The notes beneath the pieces were generated by a model. That model ran no database searches, was not told where the DNA came from, and worked only from the letters and a program-made list of their open reading frames with translations. From Tubiluchus corallicola (taxonomy: Eukaryota; Animalia; Priapulida), in the NCBI GenBank assembly GCA_030141605.1, contig JAQGDQ010000286.1, positions 234,626 to 298,625 of the forward strand: 64,000 nt of DNA, in the 5' to 3' direction. A program made the position numbers and the translations under genes. Below are positions 37,198-62,480 of this stretch, piece by piece; position 1 is the first letter of the stretch; each line of letters opens with the position of its first letter.

Positions 37198-38986
37198 TAT
37201 CAACCTAGGTTTATGGCGTAACAGCTAAGAAATTATAACTGTGTGCTGCAAACAATTGGTAATCAAAGCACGCTAATCTCAGTTTGACGTATTTCTTAAC
37301 TTTAACTTACTTTGCAAGTTTAAATAATCATCAAAATTATCTTTTCGATCAAGATTGATGTTTTTACAATGGCTGTTTCGTGTAGTAGCAATTTATTCTG
37401 CTGCTCAGATTACTATGGCTTTGATTTACGTAAAAGAATTTTTTAACAACCAAAGCAAACATTTAGTAGACAGGGACGGACATAAGAAAGGAGCCATCAG
37501 TCTAGCAAGTTTTGACTGATTATACTGGAATGATCATATCTCTACCAGTTCTCCAAATATACAAGCTTTTTTTGGTTCAACATGTATATCAAAGATCTAC
37601 AAGTCAGATAAAATTTGACAAATGCATATAATTAAAAATTTCATTTACATCGAACAGACCACGCTGTAATATTTCATGGGTTTCCCTTTCTTCAATTTTG
37701 CAGCAGAGAAACTGACAGATTTAAGATTTAAGTTGAAATCCTTGAAAAAAGACTGTTGTTTGTGCACAAATTGTAACACACATGTAAAGAGTATTTCTCA
37801 TGCAATTTTTTTCACTAACCAGCTCACATGTTTCATTTTGAACAGAATGTTGGGTGGCAGAATGTGCTGCAGGCATACTGAGCAGTGAACAAAAGTTATT
37901 GCGCATTTCAGTTTGTCTGCCAAACAAAAAACGTTTTTCACCATCTGTGCAATTCTGCTAACAACCTCCCAAATTTTTTTTTCATAAAACTGTACAAAGT
38001 TATCTGTAAATTAAGAATGCTATCATTATAAAGACAAAAATACTTTCTAACTTTGGCATACTTAACACATCTCATTATCTTGCAATTCCAATGTAAACAT
38101 TGCAAATTTTCAAGACAAGTGAACATTATTCATAAACCACCACTCACATTTTGTCAAAAACACAAAAAAACCGCAAATACCATTAATAATTATCAAAGTT
38201 ATTAATCACTTATTAATCAAAAGAACAGTATCGTTAAAAACTATTCTAATATTTCTATACAAAAATGTACAATCAACTGTCTCTAACTTTGAACCATATA
38301 CTTCACCAAACAGACAACTATTATTCAAAATTTAAGCTTCCATAGGAAACGAAGTTGTACAAATATCATTCAATATGCAAACTTCCCTAGGAAGTATTGA
38401 AACCAAATTAACGTTGTAAAACCTATGTCAAAGCGAAACTTACAACCTACTTGAATCCAGATGCAAAATATAAACATGACTTTTGTAATTTGAAAGTTTA
38501 ATTAATTTTTCTATTACATACTATTCTGTGATATCGCCATTCCACAGATTTCCGTACAATATCAACGTCTCTACATAAAAATTCAAAAGCACGATTTGAT
38601 GACGCTCTCAACATCTTAGATTTCTTAGTAAAGCAAAAACTGTCAACCTTCAAATTTTAATATGACAAATACAATCAAAGAAAGGAGAAAAAAATTAACA
38701 TAAATTCCAAAACAGTGATGTACAACAAGTTAGACAGTGTACACAAATCAAGGTGTGCAGTGAATCTGTCACAATAAAGCTCTTGCATAAGGCAACCATT
38801 ATTATGTACAAAACCTGTTATTCGTTAGCGTTTTTACACGTGTTGCCAAGTTACAATGTGATTAAGCAATAAATAAAGAGTGTAGCATCAGTCCATGGAT
38901 TAGTTACAAGAATTTACAACTGTACAACAATGTCCTGCCAAGTTCATTGACGACAAGGCAATTAGTAATTACCTAAAATTTGAACC

Positions 38987-50907
<11,921 letters not shown>

Positions 50908-51069
50908 TTTAACAAACAAAAGACTATTCGCAACTAGCGCGCCCTATGGAGGAATAATTAAAGCATATAACATGACTCTAAAATTCTAACCATAGTACCT
51001 ATTTAACAATACAGCAGGTCAATTAGCTTACTATGTATAGTAGAAGTAATAAAAGAAATAAAAATAAAA

Positions 51070-51329
<260 letters not shown>

Positions 51330-54043
51330 TAATTCTTTATTTGTCATAAAACCGGTTCCCTCATTATAATAGAATTGAGTTAGCCTCAGCGTAATGTTAA
51401 AATAACAACACTATTCAAGACAAATGCGTCCAGTGCATACTAAAAAAAACTAAAGTGCAAACTATATACAATATAATGAACATATTTACAAATACCATAT
51501 TAAAATATTTTTACAAACAATTATAGGAAAGTACATTAAATTTTACATTACATAGTGCACACTATTTATACATTTAACATTAAGAAACACGAAACTAACA
51601 TAACACGTATTACATTACATAATTTTTTTTAAAAATTTCATTTTTAATCATTATATGGAGTCAGGGGCGGGGGTATATGAAAGTGGAGTCTGTGTAATTA
51701 GTATCAGATGCACAAGGTGGAAGTTGAAACCTGTTATATTGATATTCTTTTAATTTCTTTTTAAAGTGGTGGAGAGATTCTATTTGTTTTATTTCACTGG
51801 GTAGTAAGTTCCATAAATGTATGGCCTGTTTTGATATAGAGTTATTTCCAAATTTATTGTTTACCGTAATTTGCTTTAAATTGTATGTTCTAGTGTTCAA
51901 TGTGGTATCAGCAATAAATGCTAAGGGATTGTTTATAAATGGAATGCTCAGTTTATTTATATATTTATAAAGAAATATCAGTGTTTTGTAATCTCGATAG
52001 GCTTCTAATATTGGTATTTTTGTGGACGTTCTTAAGCTTGTTGCAGAAGCAGCATGTTGTTTAGCAGTTTTGTTAGAGTAGCCATGAATTAATCTAAGTG
52101 CGTAGTTTTGCATTGTATTTGGTTTCATATTTGACGTTTTGAAGTAAAGTGCAACCATATAGATAATGTGGTAATATTAGACTTTTGTAGATGAGAATTT
52201 TTGTTTTCTTGGTTAGATGGCCTCTGGTTTGGCGTAAGAATGTCGTGCTTAATGCCATCTTGTTGTGTATTTGATGAAACTGTTCATCCCAAGTGAGTTT
52301 ATTGTCGACAGTAATGCCTAAAAATTTTACAGTTTTTGCTTGTTCTATGGAACAGTCACCTACTTTTAGTGTTGCATTAGAAGTAATGTCATTTGATTTG
52401 GGTAATATTACCATAAATTCTGTCTTATCATCATTCATTTTTAAACCAAAATAGTTATATGCTGCATTTATATTTGTTATGTCTTTTTCTAGATTATTTT
52501 TTGATGTTAGAAAGTCTGCGTGTGCTGTATAGAGTGTTGTATCATCGGCATATTGTGTTAAGTCTGAATTATGTAAAACTAAATGAATTTTATTAACGTA
52601 TAAACAAAAGAGTAATGGACCTAATATCGTACCTTGTGGGATGCCTCTCTGCGGTGTGTCCCATGTTGAAAAAGTGTGTTTGTTCAGTTTGACTCTTTGT
52701 TTTCTATTGTGTAGGTAATTATTAATTAGTTTGAGAGAAGTATAATCGAATCCTAGTTGGCGTAAGTTGTCTAGTAGTAAATTGTGATCGAGGCTGTCAA
52801 AAGCTTTACTTAGATCTAAAAATGCTGCTGTTATATATTTATTTTTATTTAAGTTGTAACGCCACTTTTCAGTGGCATCAATTATCGCGTCTATTGTAGA
52901 ATGTAGTTTTCTAAAACCAAATTGATGATTTGACAGTAACTTATTATTTTCAATGTAATGGTTTATTTGGTTGTAGATAACTCTTTCAAATACTTTGGCT
53001 AGTACGTGCACTACTGAGATTGGTCTGTAGTTTTTAGCATCATCTTTAGCATCTTTCTTGTGTATTGGAGTTATGTTTGCTTGTTTACACACTGCTGGAA
53101 ATTCTGAGCGCATTAAGACTTGGTTTGTGATATATGTTAGATGAGGAGTAATGATGCTGGCACAGTCTTTTAAGATCTTTATTGGCATGTCTCAGGGTCC
53201 ACTTCCTTTATTTATATTTAAACTGTTTAATATTCTAAAGATGTCGTATTCTGTGACGCTAGTAAATGAGAAAGTGGATTGTATTACTGATTGGTTTTTG
53301 TATATATTGTGTATATTTGCATTATGTTGGTGTGGCAAGTTGTCAAATTTTCCGAGATTGATAAATGTGGAATTTAATTTGTTAGCAATGTCAACTGGAT
53401 CAGATATTATACTGTCATTTTCTCGTAAACTATTTATTTGTAATTGATCGTTTCTGTATCTGTTAAGTACGTCATTAATTAAACGCCATTTTTGCTTAGG
53501 TGTAGTTGCGTCATTGCATTTATTAATATAATATTTATTTTTGAGTTTCCTGTTTTAGCTATTAAATTTATTTCGTGCCTTTTTGTAATTATTGTAATTG
53601 CTTTTACCTTTTAAATGTAAATATGTTCTATATAATTCATTTTTATTGTGTCTTAGTTTTGCCAGTTCTGTATCCGCCCAAGAGCAGGCAGATTTTGCAT
53701 TAAATTGCTGCTGATGTATTTTAATTTTTCTATACGGTGCATAGATATCCAGGCAGTATTCCATATTATTTATTAGTGTGTTTATTTGTATGTCAATGTC
53801 AGTCATTGTGTAAACATTACTCCAATCCAATTTGGTTAAAGTATCTTGAAATATACCTTTATTATATGTAGAATAATCTCTGACTGTTTTCCAGACTGTG
53901 CCTGTATTGTTTTTGGTTGGTTCTGTTTTGTCTACTATTATTATAAAATAATGATCAGAATAATCACACGAGAAGTTTTCTTGTACTTGGAAATTGTCTT
54001 TAGCGTTTGAGATAAAGTGGTCTATGGTAGTAGATGATGTTTT
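51330..54043 (-). mobile_element. 5'-truncated CR1/L2-clade LINE (end of APE endonuclease plus reverse transcriptase), frameshifted
   Basis: TTIDHFISN...DYSDHYFI (APE end), NYRPISV, QFGFR, FLDLSKAFD, GIPQGTILGPLLF, YADDT, KFLGITVD; split over ORFs 53555-54040, 52094-53188 and 51661-52158; 3' end has AATAAA followed by (TA)n. Confidence 0.92.
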
Positions 54044-54082
54044 AGCAGTAGTAGTAGTAGTAGTAGTAGTAGCAGTAGTAGC

Positions 54083-54180
<98 letters not shown>

Positions 54181-54220
54181 CAGTAGTAACAGTAATAATA
54201 ATAAGAACAACAACAACAAC
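54044..54220. repeat. (TAG)n/(TAA)/(CAA) microsatellite abutting the LINE 5' truncation
   Basis: Seen directly. Confidence 0.98.
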
Positions 54221-54560
54221 ATTTATTTTGTGATCAAAAGCATAACACAGTGTTATGGGCTGTGTTAGGAAAGTCCAAAAACAGAAACATTTCTGCAAAA
54301 CCATGACATTGTGTATATACTGCCAAAGTCTAAACAATAGAAAGCAACGAGTGTAAAACATGGCCCAGGGGCCCGTCTATTATAATTTCGCAAATTCGTG
54401 CAATTGAATATATTCTCAGCCATATTATACTATTAAAAAAAGTCTTACTAATATAACCCTTCAGATCACTTGACTATAGTTTCCTGCATTATAAATTTTG
54501 ATGAAGTGTGTATTCAGGATGTATAATGTCAACATACAAAGACCACAGCTACTCATTATA

Positions 54561-54609
<49 letters not shown>

Positions 54610-55065
54610 GTATATCCTATTACGTGTATTTTATAACAACAATACTTCATGCTGGGACGTCAAGGTAGAGAAAGCTAAATGTATTCATAGCTACTTTGTA
54701 GTAAAATCAACTTGTCTAATTTTATTTTACAATAATAAAATAAAAATAATTTTCATATCTAAATTATTCAAGAAAACTAACATTATAGCTAAGAGGACAT
54801 TTTCGTATTGAAAAAGCAGTTAGTGATCTATTGTCTCCTTGTTGTTTTGCTGATACCGAAAATTGCTTACAATGTTGAACTAACTTCTGAAATTTAAGGT
54901 TATATTAGTTGACAATGTTTCTGACCAATTGACAATGGTCAGAAACTGAAAATTTTGCAACAATAGTTATAAAATTGAGCCTTAGCAATGAAGAGATGAT
55001 AGCCTTTTACTTGAAAGTGCTTATTTCCTTTCATTGAATTCACCTTGCTTGAATACATGGGAAGT

Positions 55066-56165
55066 GCATTTCACAAAGAAACTTCAACATTTATATTCAA
55101 CCCATTACCTACGGGTCAAAGTTCAACGAATCCCGCCATAACTTATACCATTCAATTTGTCTCATTGAGACCTTTTTTTTGATGTGCAACAAGCAACTTT
55201 TGATAGACCCTGGAAGGCATTTGTCTCCTCAACCCCTATTTTGCCCCTAAAGGGGTCACGGGTAAACGATTCACACTGTAACCTATACAATTCGATTCGC
55301 CTCATCAAAACCTTTCATTTGATATGCTTTCAAGACCATATACCAATGGTCTTGATATCGTACATCGTACTATTCATAAACACAAAGGCTTTCTGTTCCC
55401 GACCCCGATTTTTCGATTTTTGCCCCCTACTGGGGTCAGAGATCAACCAGTCTCGGCATAACTTATACCATTCGGTTTGATTCACCGGACGGCATTTGTA
55501 TTCTCAACCTCCATTTTGCCACCTAGCGGAGTCGCGGGTTAACTTTTCTCATTGTAACCTATGCCATTCGATCGCCACATCGGGACCTTTAATTCGATGT
55601 GCTACAAGGTACCATTGCTCAACACTCGGTACACTTCTGTTCCCGACCCCGAATTCTCGGTTTTCGCCCCCTAGCAGAAAAAATATCCCATGTTTTGTGA
55701 TGTGCAAGGCTACGACACCACCTAGCAACACACCAAATATTGAGGCCCTAGCTCGAAAACTGCGGGAGCAGATGGCAATTGCGGGACCCCAAATATTACA
55801 TTTTGGCCCCTCCCCCGGGCGTTTAAAACTTGTCAGCTTTTTAAAACCCCAGGTGCACATCTACGGCACAGTGCCCAAATACTTGTGAAAAAAATTGTAA
55901 AAAAACGAAATCCTAGGAGGTGCGACCTAAAGGAAAAACGCCCACTGCCCTTCCCCCTTGATCAACGGTCAGAGATCGCCATACTATTGTATGTCCCCCG
56001 CCCAGGACTACCAACCCTGTGAGTTTGATGACCCTAGCTTGCAAGGTTTACGAGTTATTAAGCGTTAAATTTGTGGAGAATAAATAACCGTATTTTGCTA
56101 TGACAGAATCTTAATAAATAGCTCGACGAAAACAGTAAAATTGTGCTATAGCAAAATCTTAACAA
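55066..56165 (-). mobile_element. HINE-like element related to 8145-9312, opposite orientation
   Basis: tataccattc.att.gtctcat..agacctttcatttga units and terminal cagaatcttaa are reverse complements of the 8-9 kb element. Confidence 0.55.
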
Positions 56166-56824
56166 GTCTCTGTAGCCTAAAGAATACTTAACTAAAATAG
56201 AAGCATACAAAAGCAATTCATTTATAAGATTAAGCGCTGCCACACTTGAAATATTATTATGACACGTAATATAACCAGTCAATGTCATCATTTGGGCAGT
56301 GAGCAGCTCAGGCTGTTCAGTAGCCAGAATCTCGATGCCCATCTGTACCGTCATATTGTAAACAAACAGAAACCGCTACACATATTGCGGTATATTTTAC
56401 TTTTGGGTAATTATTCGATTTGAAAAAAGCGTATGGAACTTCCCTTCTCCTAAGGCTGTAAGGACGTACTTATTTTGCTGTACAGTTTTTCAGGGTTGGT
56501 AGAAACCAAAACAACGGAAATTTCACTTCTAAATGAGATTTTCCCTCTTGTTGGACGTTAGTTGCCTTGTAGTTAGTGTTAAAGTTTATCAACAAGAGGT
56601 TGAGAGTTTGTGCAGTGTGCAGATAATTTACGACATTTCAAAAATAAGAAGAAAACAATTTTGTTTTTGACATCCCAGTTCCCGATGGAAAGACGGTGAA
56701 AGATCTCATAATTATGAGTCATCAGAAATTTGGAATAGCCTAATGCTAGGCTTACTGTTGTTTAATTGATTAACCAGTGCAAAAACGAGACATATAGCAG
56801 TTTTTGCGATTTTTCACTGCTGTT

Positions 56825-57110
56825 AAGCCAGTTATTCTCATTATCATGATCATCATCACCATCATTGAAGTGTCATTCCGCCTGTTGTAGACACTCATTA
56901 CCATTCATTAGAGCACCTCCAACCACTACTATCTGCAGCTAATAGCACAAGTTCTTCTACTCCTAAAGAGAGACTTGGTTGAAGCTCTTGAGTATCGTTA
57001 TTTATTTTAGCTATCCCAGTTGTTTTTGGTTTGGCAGTTAGTTTCTTTGCAAGGTTCAAATGCGGATTCTTACCTGTGTTTCATTTGATAATCTTAGAAG
57101 ATGTGCCGGG
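56825..57110 (-). mobile_element. Decayed RTE-like 3' fragment
   Basis: Shares tgtagacact, tatctgcagcta and agttgtttttggtttg with 41308-41700; (TGA) tail on the minus strand. Confidence 0.6.
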
Positions 57111-58371
57111 TGACATTCTATATTAAGTGTTTATATTTACCATTTATTTGCATGCTAGAAAACTAATGATTATTACCAGAGGGCGTCAACACTTTACGAC
57201 GCCCTAGGCTGACAGTTCTGTCCAGCCTATCTGTATTGTGAATGTTTGGTTGTTTATGCAATGAGCAGATTAAACAATTACTTGTGGTGTATTAGAAACA
57301 TTATTAACATAGTTTCTACGAGGCCGTTATTAATTACATATATTTGCGTAGCATTTTTATTCAAGTAGGCTGCGCAACTGCTTGTTGTGTAATACCGTGT
57401 GCCTGTTCTTTGTGTGGCACTTATATAGAAGGTGCGCTCAGTAACTGCCTGTGGTGTGATATAAAGTGCGCAATTTATATGAATATGAAAGCACACACAT
57501 GTTCCGAGGAGGATAAGAATTTTTTCTAAAATGTGGCGCCCCTCAAACTTTGGCGTCCTAGGCTATAGTCTAGTTAGCCTATTGGTTAATATGCCCCTGA
57601 TTTATTACTAATGTTGTTGTGTATGCAGCACTGTTACGTCATCCTAGCAGCAGTTGTTGCCTGTAACACTGTAGTGTGGCGCACTTGGTGTATGGTGGTG
57701 TTACGTATGCTTGTCTAGGGGTATGGTGGCACACACTCACATTTGTTAGTCTTGAAGACCAACAATAATTTACAATTGTGGATCCATGTGTACAATTAAG
57801 CCAATTTTAGCAAGTTATAGTGAAACAGTGTGTTTGTTCATGTCATAAGGTGTATTGTCATAATGCACAACCAGAATAATTCAAAAGCAAAGTCAAAGTT
57901 AAATGTTTAATTTTATATTTTGCATTAAATAAGAATCTAGCCAGAGCATTTCAGTTCATGTATGAGCATAATACATTACAGGTATCTATGGTCTCTCTGG
58001 TACACTTGCCCTAGTCTCCTAGATTTTCAACACTGTGCAACCAACTCAAGACAGGAGAGCCTTCTATTTACATGCCAACCTGCTGCCTACACAACACTGC
58101 TCCACTAGTAGAGAACAGCATAACTATACTTATTCAGTATGGCACTATACTTGTTCAGTATCTATGACTATGGAAGCAGGTCTATGACTAGCTTTATCCA
58201 AGCCAGAGACTCTCCTGGAAGGGTTACCTGACAGAGTTAAATCTTGTGTATTTCTACACTGGTCCTGTGCATATGCTGCACCTTACTTACTAGAACCTGT
58301 GCATTTTCTGCACTGGACTTAGTAAATAGCACTTACCTTGTTCAGGTAGTGAAGACAGCTGCTCAGTCCTC

Positions 58372-58558
58372 CTGCTTATCCAGCAGGGCTGCTTATTCAG
58401 CAAGGCTGCTTGTTCAGCAGAGGTTGCTTATTCAGCAAGGCTACTTGTTCAGCAGTGGCTGCTTATTCAGCAGTGCTGCTTATTCAGCAAGGCTGCTTAT
58501 CAAGCAGGGCTGCTTATTCAGCAAGGCTGCTTATCCAGCAGGGCTGCTTATTCAGCAG
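58372..58558. repeat. ~17-bp minisatellite (gctgcttattcagcaag)n
   Basis: About 10 degenerate tandem copies; possibly inside a solo LTR. Confidence 0.9.
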
Positions 58559-58844
58559 TCCAGTCGTTTGCTCCTGAAACTCCTATTTTTATAGGAGGCT
58601 TATCTGCTCTCGTCACGTGACTTCTGTAGAGTTTGTGTACCTGGCGTCCTGGCAACAAATTGCCAGCTATTGCCCAATGTATATTTTGTTGATAAGTGAT
58701 TATTCTAATATTAATTTTACATAATAAACGTATTCTAGAATTATTTAAACACTTTACAGGTTTCATTTTAGTGTTATCGAAGATATAATGTAATTATTTA
58801 ACATATTTAATTTAATTTTGGGGTATGTTGGTTTGTTGTCTCGA

Positions 58845-58890
58845 TCCGCATGTAAACAAACATGGCGGCGTCCTGACGGCGGCTGTTCAT
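58845..58890 (+). promoter_or_regulatory. CpG-rich core promoter with YY1-like motif
   Basis: tgtaaacaaacatggcggcg (forkhead site plus AACATGGCGGC) in a CpG patch, followed by donor-like sites. Confidence 0.45.
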
Positions 58891-59111
58891 GCAAGTGCAT
58901 CTATTTATTAGAATCGCCGCTGATCCCATTCTTAGGGCGTTTATTAGCTAATTTACCGTTTTCAAAGGTGAAATAGCTGTTCTTCTTCAGAACAATTAAG
59001 GCAAGGGGAGGTGAATAAGTGTAAAACACTATTGCGCGCCTTTATCTTAACCACCATAATAATAATGCGGCTCCTTGAGTTACTTTAACGTGCGAGTTGA
59101 TGATTTTGTAG

Positions 59112-59226
59112 GAAGATTGCGTAAAAATTCGTTGTCCGAAGACACTATTACTATTAGACTTGATAAACGGAGAATAGAAAGATAAGATGAAGTTAACGAC
59201 AATAAAACAAGACCAACTTGAGCCAG
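59112..59226 (+). CDS. Putative early exon of a plus-strand gene (5' UTR plus MKLTTIKQDQLEP from ATG 59187)
   Basis: Acceptor tgattttgtag| and donor CCAG|gtatgg; lies downstream of the promoter-like patch; no homology recognised. Confidence 0.35.
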
Positions 59227-59787
59227 GTATGGGTTATCGTTGATCTAGAATCTAGATTTGCTAACAATTGACAGACTGTATACAACTTGTTTACAAAGTC
59301 AAAGATTTATTCAAAACCATCTATCCATGTAAGTAATCAGTTTCTTTCATTGTTGAATTGATTCATAGAAAGCTTTAATAAGTGGACTATCTCTGGTAAC
59401 GTCAAAGCATGATCCAACTTGCAGTTGAAGTCTAACTATGAAAGGAGAAAGGAACTGATGTTAAAGGAGCAATACTCGCTAAAAGTTAGTAAGTCTATTG
59501 TTCTACATAATATACAATGTACTAACTTAGGTGTAACATTCTAATCATGGCACGACGTGGTGGAACGATAAATGGTCACTACCATGATGTGAATATGAGT
59601 GATAAGATATAGTAGATGTAGGTAAACGTAAACATATTTAGATAAAGTATACATTGCGTTAAATTAGGTGCAACAATCTAATCATGGCACGACATGGTGG
59701 AACGATAAATGGTCACTACCACGATGTAAATATGAGTCATATGATATACCAAGTAATTTAAGTAAAACTAAACATATTAGACCTTAC

Positions 59788-59853
59788 TTGCCTAACCTTT
59801 GTAAGTAAAGAGCTTGACCAAGGTCCCCATTTCTCTTCCCAGCCTTAATCAGC
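59788..59853 (-). other. 66-nt exon-like segment A, repeated in every unit (LIKAGKRNGDLGQALYLQRLG)
   Basis: Acceptor cttttactag| and donor AA|gtaagg; only the phase-2 frame is open. Confidence 0.55.
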
Positions 59854-59912
59854 CTAGTAAAAGTTTAAATTATTTTCATTCAGTTTCATTTCTGTGAACT
59901 CGTGTGGGCTGT

Positions 59913-60086
59913 GTGCAGCTCTTCGCATGATTTGGCATGAGGTTTTGGCCCCTAAGCTACCAACTGCCCAACTAATGTGCATGCATTTTGCCCAACAACA
60001 TCATCATCATTATTATCAACAGTGTTCATGTCTCATGCCAAATCATCCCAGAACTCACCACGAGGAGGTGGCTGCACTTGAGTTCC
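59913..60086 (-). ncRNA. HDV-like self-cleaving ribozyme, copy 1
   Basis: Minus strand: P1 GGAACUC/GAGUUCU (G1.U wobble), J1/2 AA, P2 GUGCAGC/GCUGCAC, P3 ACC/GGU, L3 UCCUCGU, P1.1 CC/GG, P4 AUGAUUUGGCAUGAG/CUCAUGCCAAAUCAU, J4/2 GCGAA with catalytic C at 59925. Confidence 0.88.
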
Positions 60087-60189
60087 ATCTAACTAACTTA
60101 ATTAAAAATGATAATAAAATATTACCTAAGAGATCGATTAAATAATTACCGTAATAAATTTGTCAAAAAACTAATCCAGCATTGCCTAC

Positions 60190-60249
60190 TTGCAGTTGAA
60201 GTCTAACTATGAAAGGAGAAAGGAACTGATGTTAAAGGAGCAATACTCG
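60190..60249 (-). other. 60-nt exon-like segment B, repeated in every unit (NEYCSFNISSFLLS*)
   Basis: Branch-point-like tactaac plus ttttag| acceptor and AA|gtaggc donor; the last copy (from 59478) lacks the donor and runs on to AATAAA at 59311-59306. Confidence 0.5.
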
Positions 60250-60683
60250 CTAAAAGTTAGTAAGTCTATTGTTCTACATAATATACAATGTACTAACTTA
60301 GGTGTAACATTCTAATCATGGCACGACATGGTGGAACGATAAATGGTCACTACCATGATGTGAATATGAGTGATAAGATATAGTAGATGTAGGTAAACGT
60401 AAACATATTTAGATAAAGTATACATTGCGTTAAATTAGGTGCAACAATCTAATCATGGCACGACATGGTGGAACGATAAATGGTCACTACCACGATGTAA
60501 ATATGAGTCATATGATATACCAAGTAATTTAAGTAAAACTAAACATATTAGACCTTACTTGCCTATTCTTTGTAAGTAAAGAGCTTGACCAAGGTCCCCA
60601 TTTCTCTTCCCAGCCTTAATCAGCCTAGTAAAAGTTTAAATTATTTTCATTCAGTTTCATTTCTGTGAACTCGTGTGGGCTGT

Positions 60684-60890
60684 GTGCAGCTCTTCGCATG
60701 ATTTGGCATGAGGTTTTGGCCCCTAAGCTACCAACTGCCTAACTATGATAAATAATTATCGCAAAATCTTACATGTGCATGCATTATGCCCAACAATATC
60801 ATCATCATCATCATCATTATCAACAGTGTTCATGTTTCATGCCAAATCATCCCAGAACTCACCACGAGGAGGTGGCTGCACTTGAGTTCC
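60684..60890 (-). ncRNA. HDV-like self-cleaving ribozyme, copy 2
   Basis: Catalytic core identical to copy 1; longer P4 loop. Confidence 0.88.
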
Positions 60891-61486
60891 ATCTAACTAA
60901 CTTAATTAAAAATGATAATAAAATATTACCTAAGAGGTCGATTAAATAATTACCGTAATAAATTTGTCAAAAAACTAATCCAGCATTGCCTACTTGCAGT
61001 TGAAGTCTAATTACGAAAGGAGAAAGGAACTGATGTTAAAAGAGCAATACTCGCTAAAAGTTAGTAAGTCTATTGTTCTACATAATATACAATGTACTAA
61101 CTTAGGTGTAACATTCTAATCATGGCACGACGTGGTGGAACGATAAATGGTCACTACCATGATGTGAATATGAGTGATAAGATATAGTAGATGTAGGTAA
61201 ACGTAAACATATTTAGATAAAGTATACATTGCGTTAAATTAGGTGCAACAATCTAATCATGGCACGACATGGTGGAACGATAAATGGTCACTACCACGAT
61301 GTAAATATGAGTCATATGATATACCAAGTAATTTAAGTAAAACTAAACATATTAGACCTTACTTGCCTATTCTTATAAGTAAAGAGCTTGACCAAGGTCC
61401 CCATTTCTCTTCCCAGCCTTAATCAGCCTAGTAAAAGTTTAAATTATTTTCATTCAGTTTCATTTCTGTGAACTCGTGTGGGCTGT

Positions 61487-61684
61487 GTGCAGCTCTTCGC
61501 ATGATTTGGCATGAGGTTTTGGCCCCTAAGCTACCAACTGCCTAACTATGATAAATAATTATCGCAAAATCTTACATGTGCATGCATTATGCCCAACAAT
61601 ATCATCATCATTATCAACAGTGTTCATGTTTCATGCCAAATCATCCCAGAACTCACCACGAGGAGGTGGCTGCACTTGAGTTCC
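61487..61684 (-). ncRNA. HDV-like self-cleaving ribozyme, copy 3
   Basis: Catalytic core identical to copy 1. Confidence 0.88.
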
Positions 61685-62279
61685 ATCTAACTAACTTAAT
61701 TAAAAATGATAATAAAAAATTACCTAAGAGATCGATTAAATAATTACCGTAATAAATTTGTCAAAAAACTAATCCAGCATTGCCTACTTGCAGTTGAAGT
61801 CTAATTACGAAAGGAGAAAGGAACTGATGTTAAAAGAGCAATACTCGCTAAAAGTTAGTAAGTCTATTGTTCTACATAATATACAATGTACTAACTTAGG
61901 TGTAACATTCTAATCATGGCACGACGTGGTGGAACGATAAATGGTCACTACCATGATGTGAATATGAGTGATAAGATATAGTAGATGTAGGTAAACGTAA
62001 ACATATTTAGATAAAGTATACATTGCGTTAAATTGGGTGCAACAATCTAATCATGGCACGACATGGTGGAACGATAAATGGTCACTACCACGATGTAAAT
62101 ATGAGTCATATGATATAGAAAGTAATTTAAGTAAAACTAAACTTATTAGACCTTACTTGCCTATTCTTTGTAAGTAAGGAGCTTGACCAAAGTCCCCGTT
62201 TCTCCTCCCAGCCTTAATCAGCCTAGTAAAAGTTTAAATTATTTTCATTCAGTTTCGTTTCTGTGAACTCGTGTGGGCT

Positions 62280-62480
62280 GTGCAGCTCTTCGCATGATTT
62301 GGCATGAGGTTTTGGCCCCTAAGCTACCAACTGCCTAACTATGATAAATAATTATTCCAAAATTTTACATGTGCATGCATTATGCCCAACAATATCATCA
62401 TCATCATTATCAACAGTGTTCATGTTTCATGCCAAATCATCCCAGAACTCACCACGAGGAGGTGGCTGCACTTGAGTTCC
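62280..62480 (-). ncRNA. HDV-like self-cleaving ribozyme, copy 4
   Basis: Catalytic core identical to copy 1. Confidence 0.88.

Noticed and set aside
59548-59613. Small plus-strand ORFs MARRGGTINGHYHDVNM... in the sub-repeats
   Set aside because: Only 21-25 codons, no recognisable homology and weak splice context; kept only as an alternative to the hairpin reading.
60190-60249. Stop-codon readthrough or reassignment giving a 42-aa repeat protein
   Set aside because: Other genes in the window use standard stops, unit 3 exon A has a frameshift, and 3'-end duplication explains the stop more simply.
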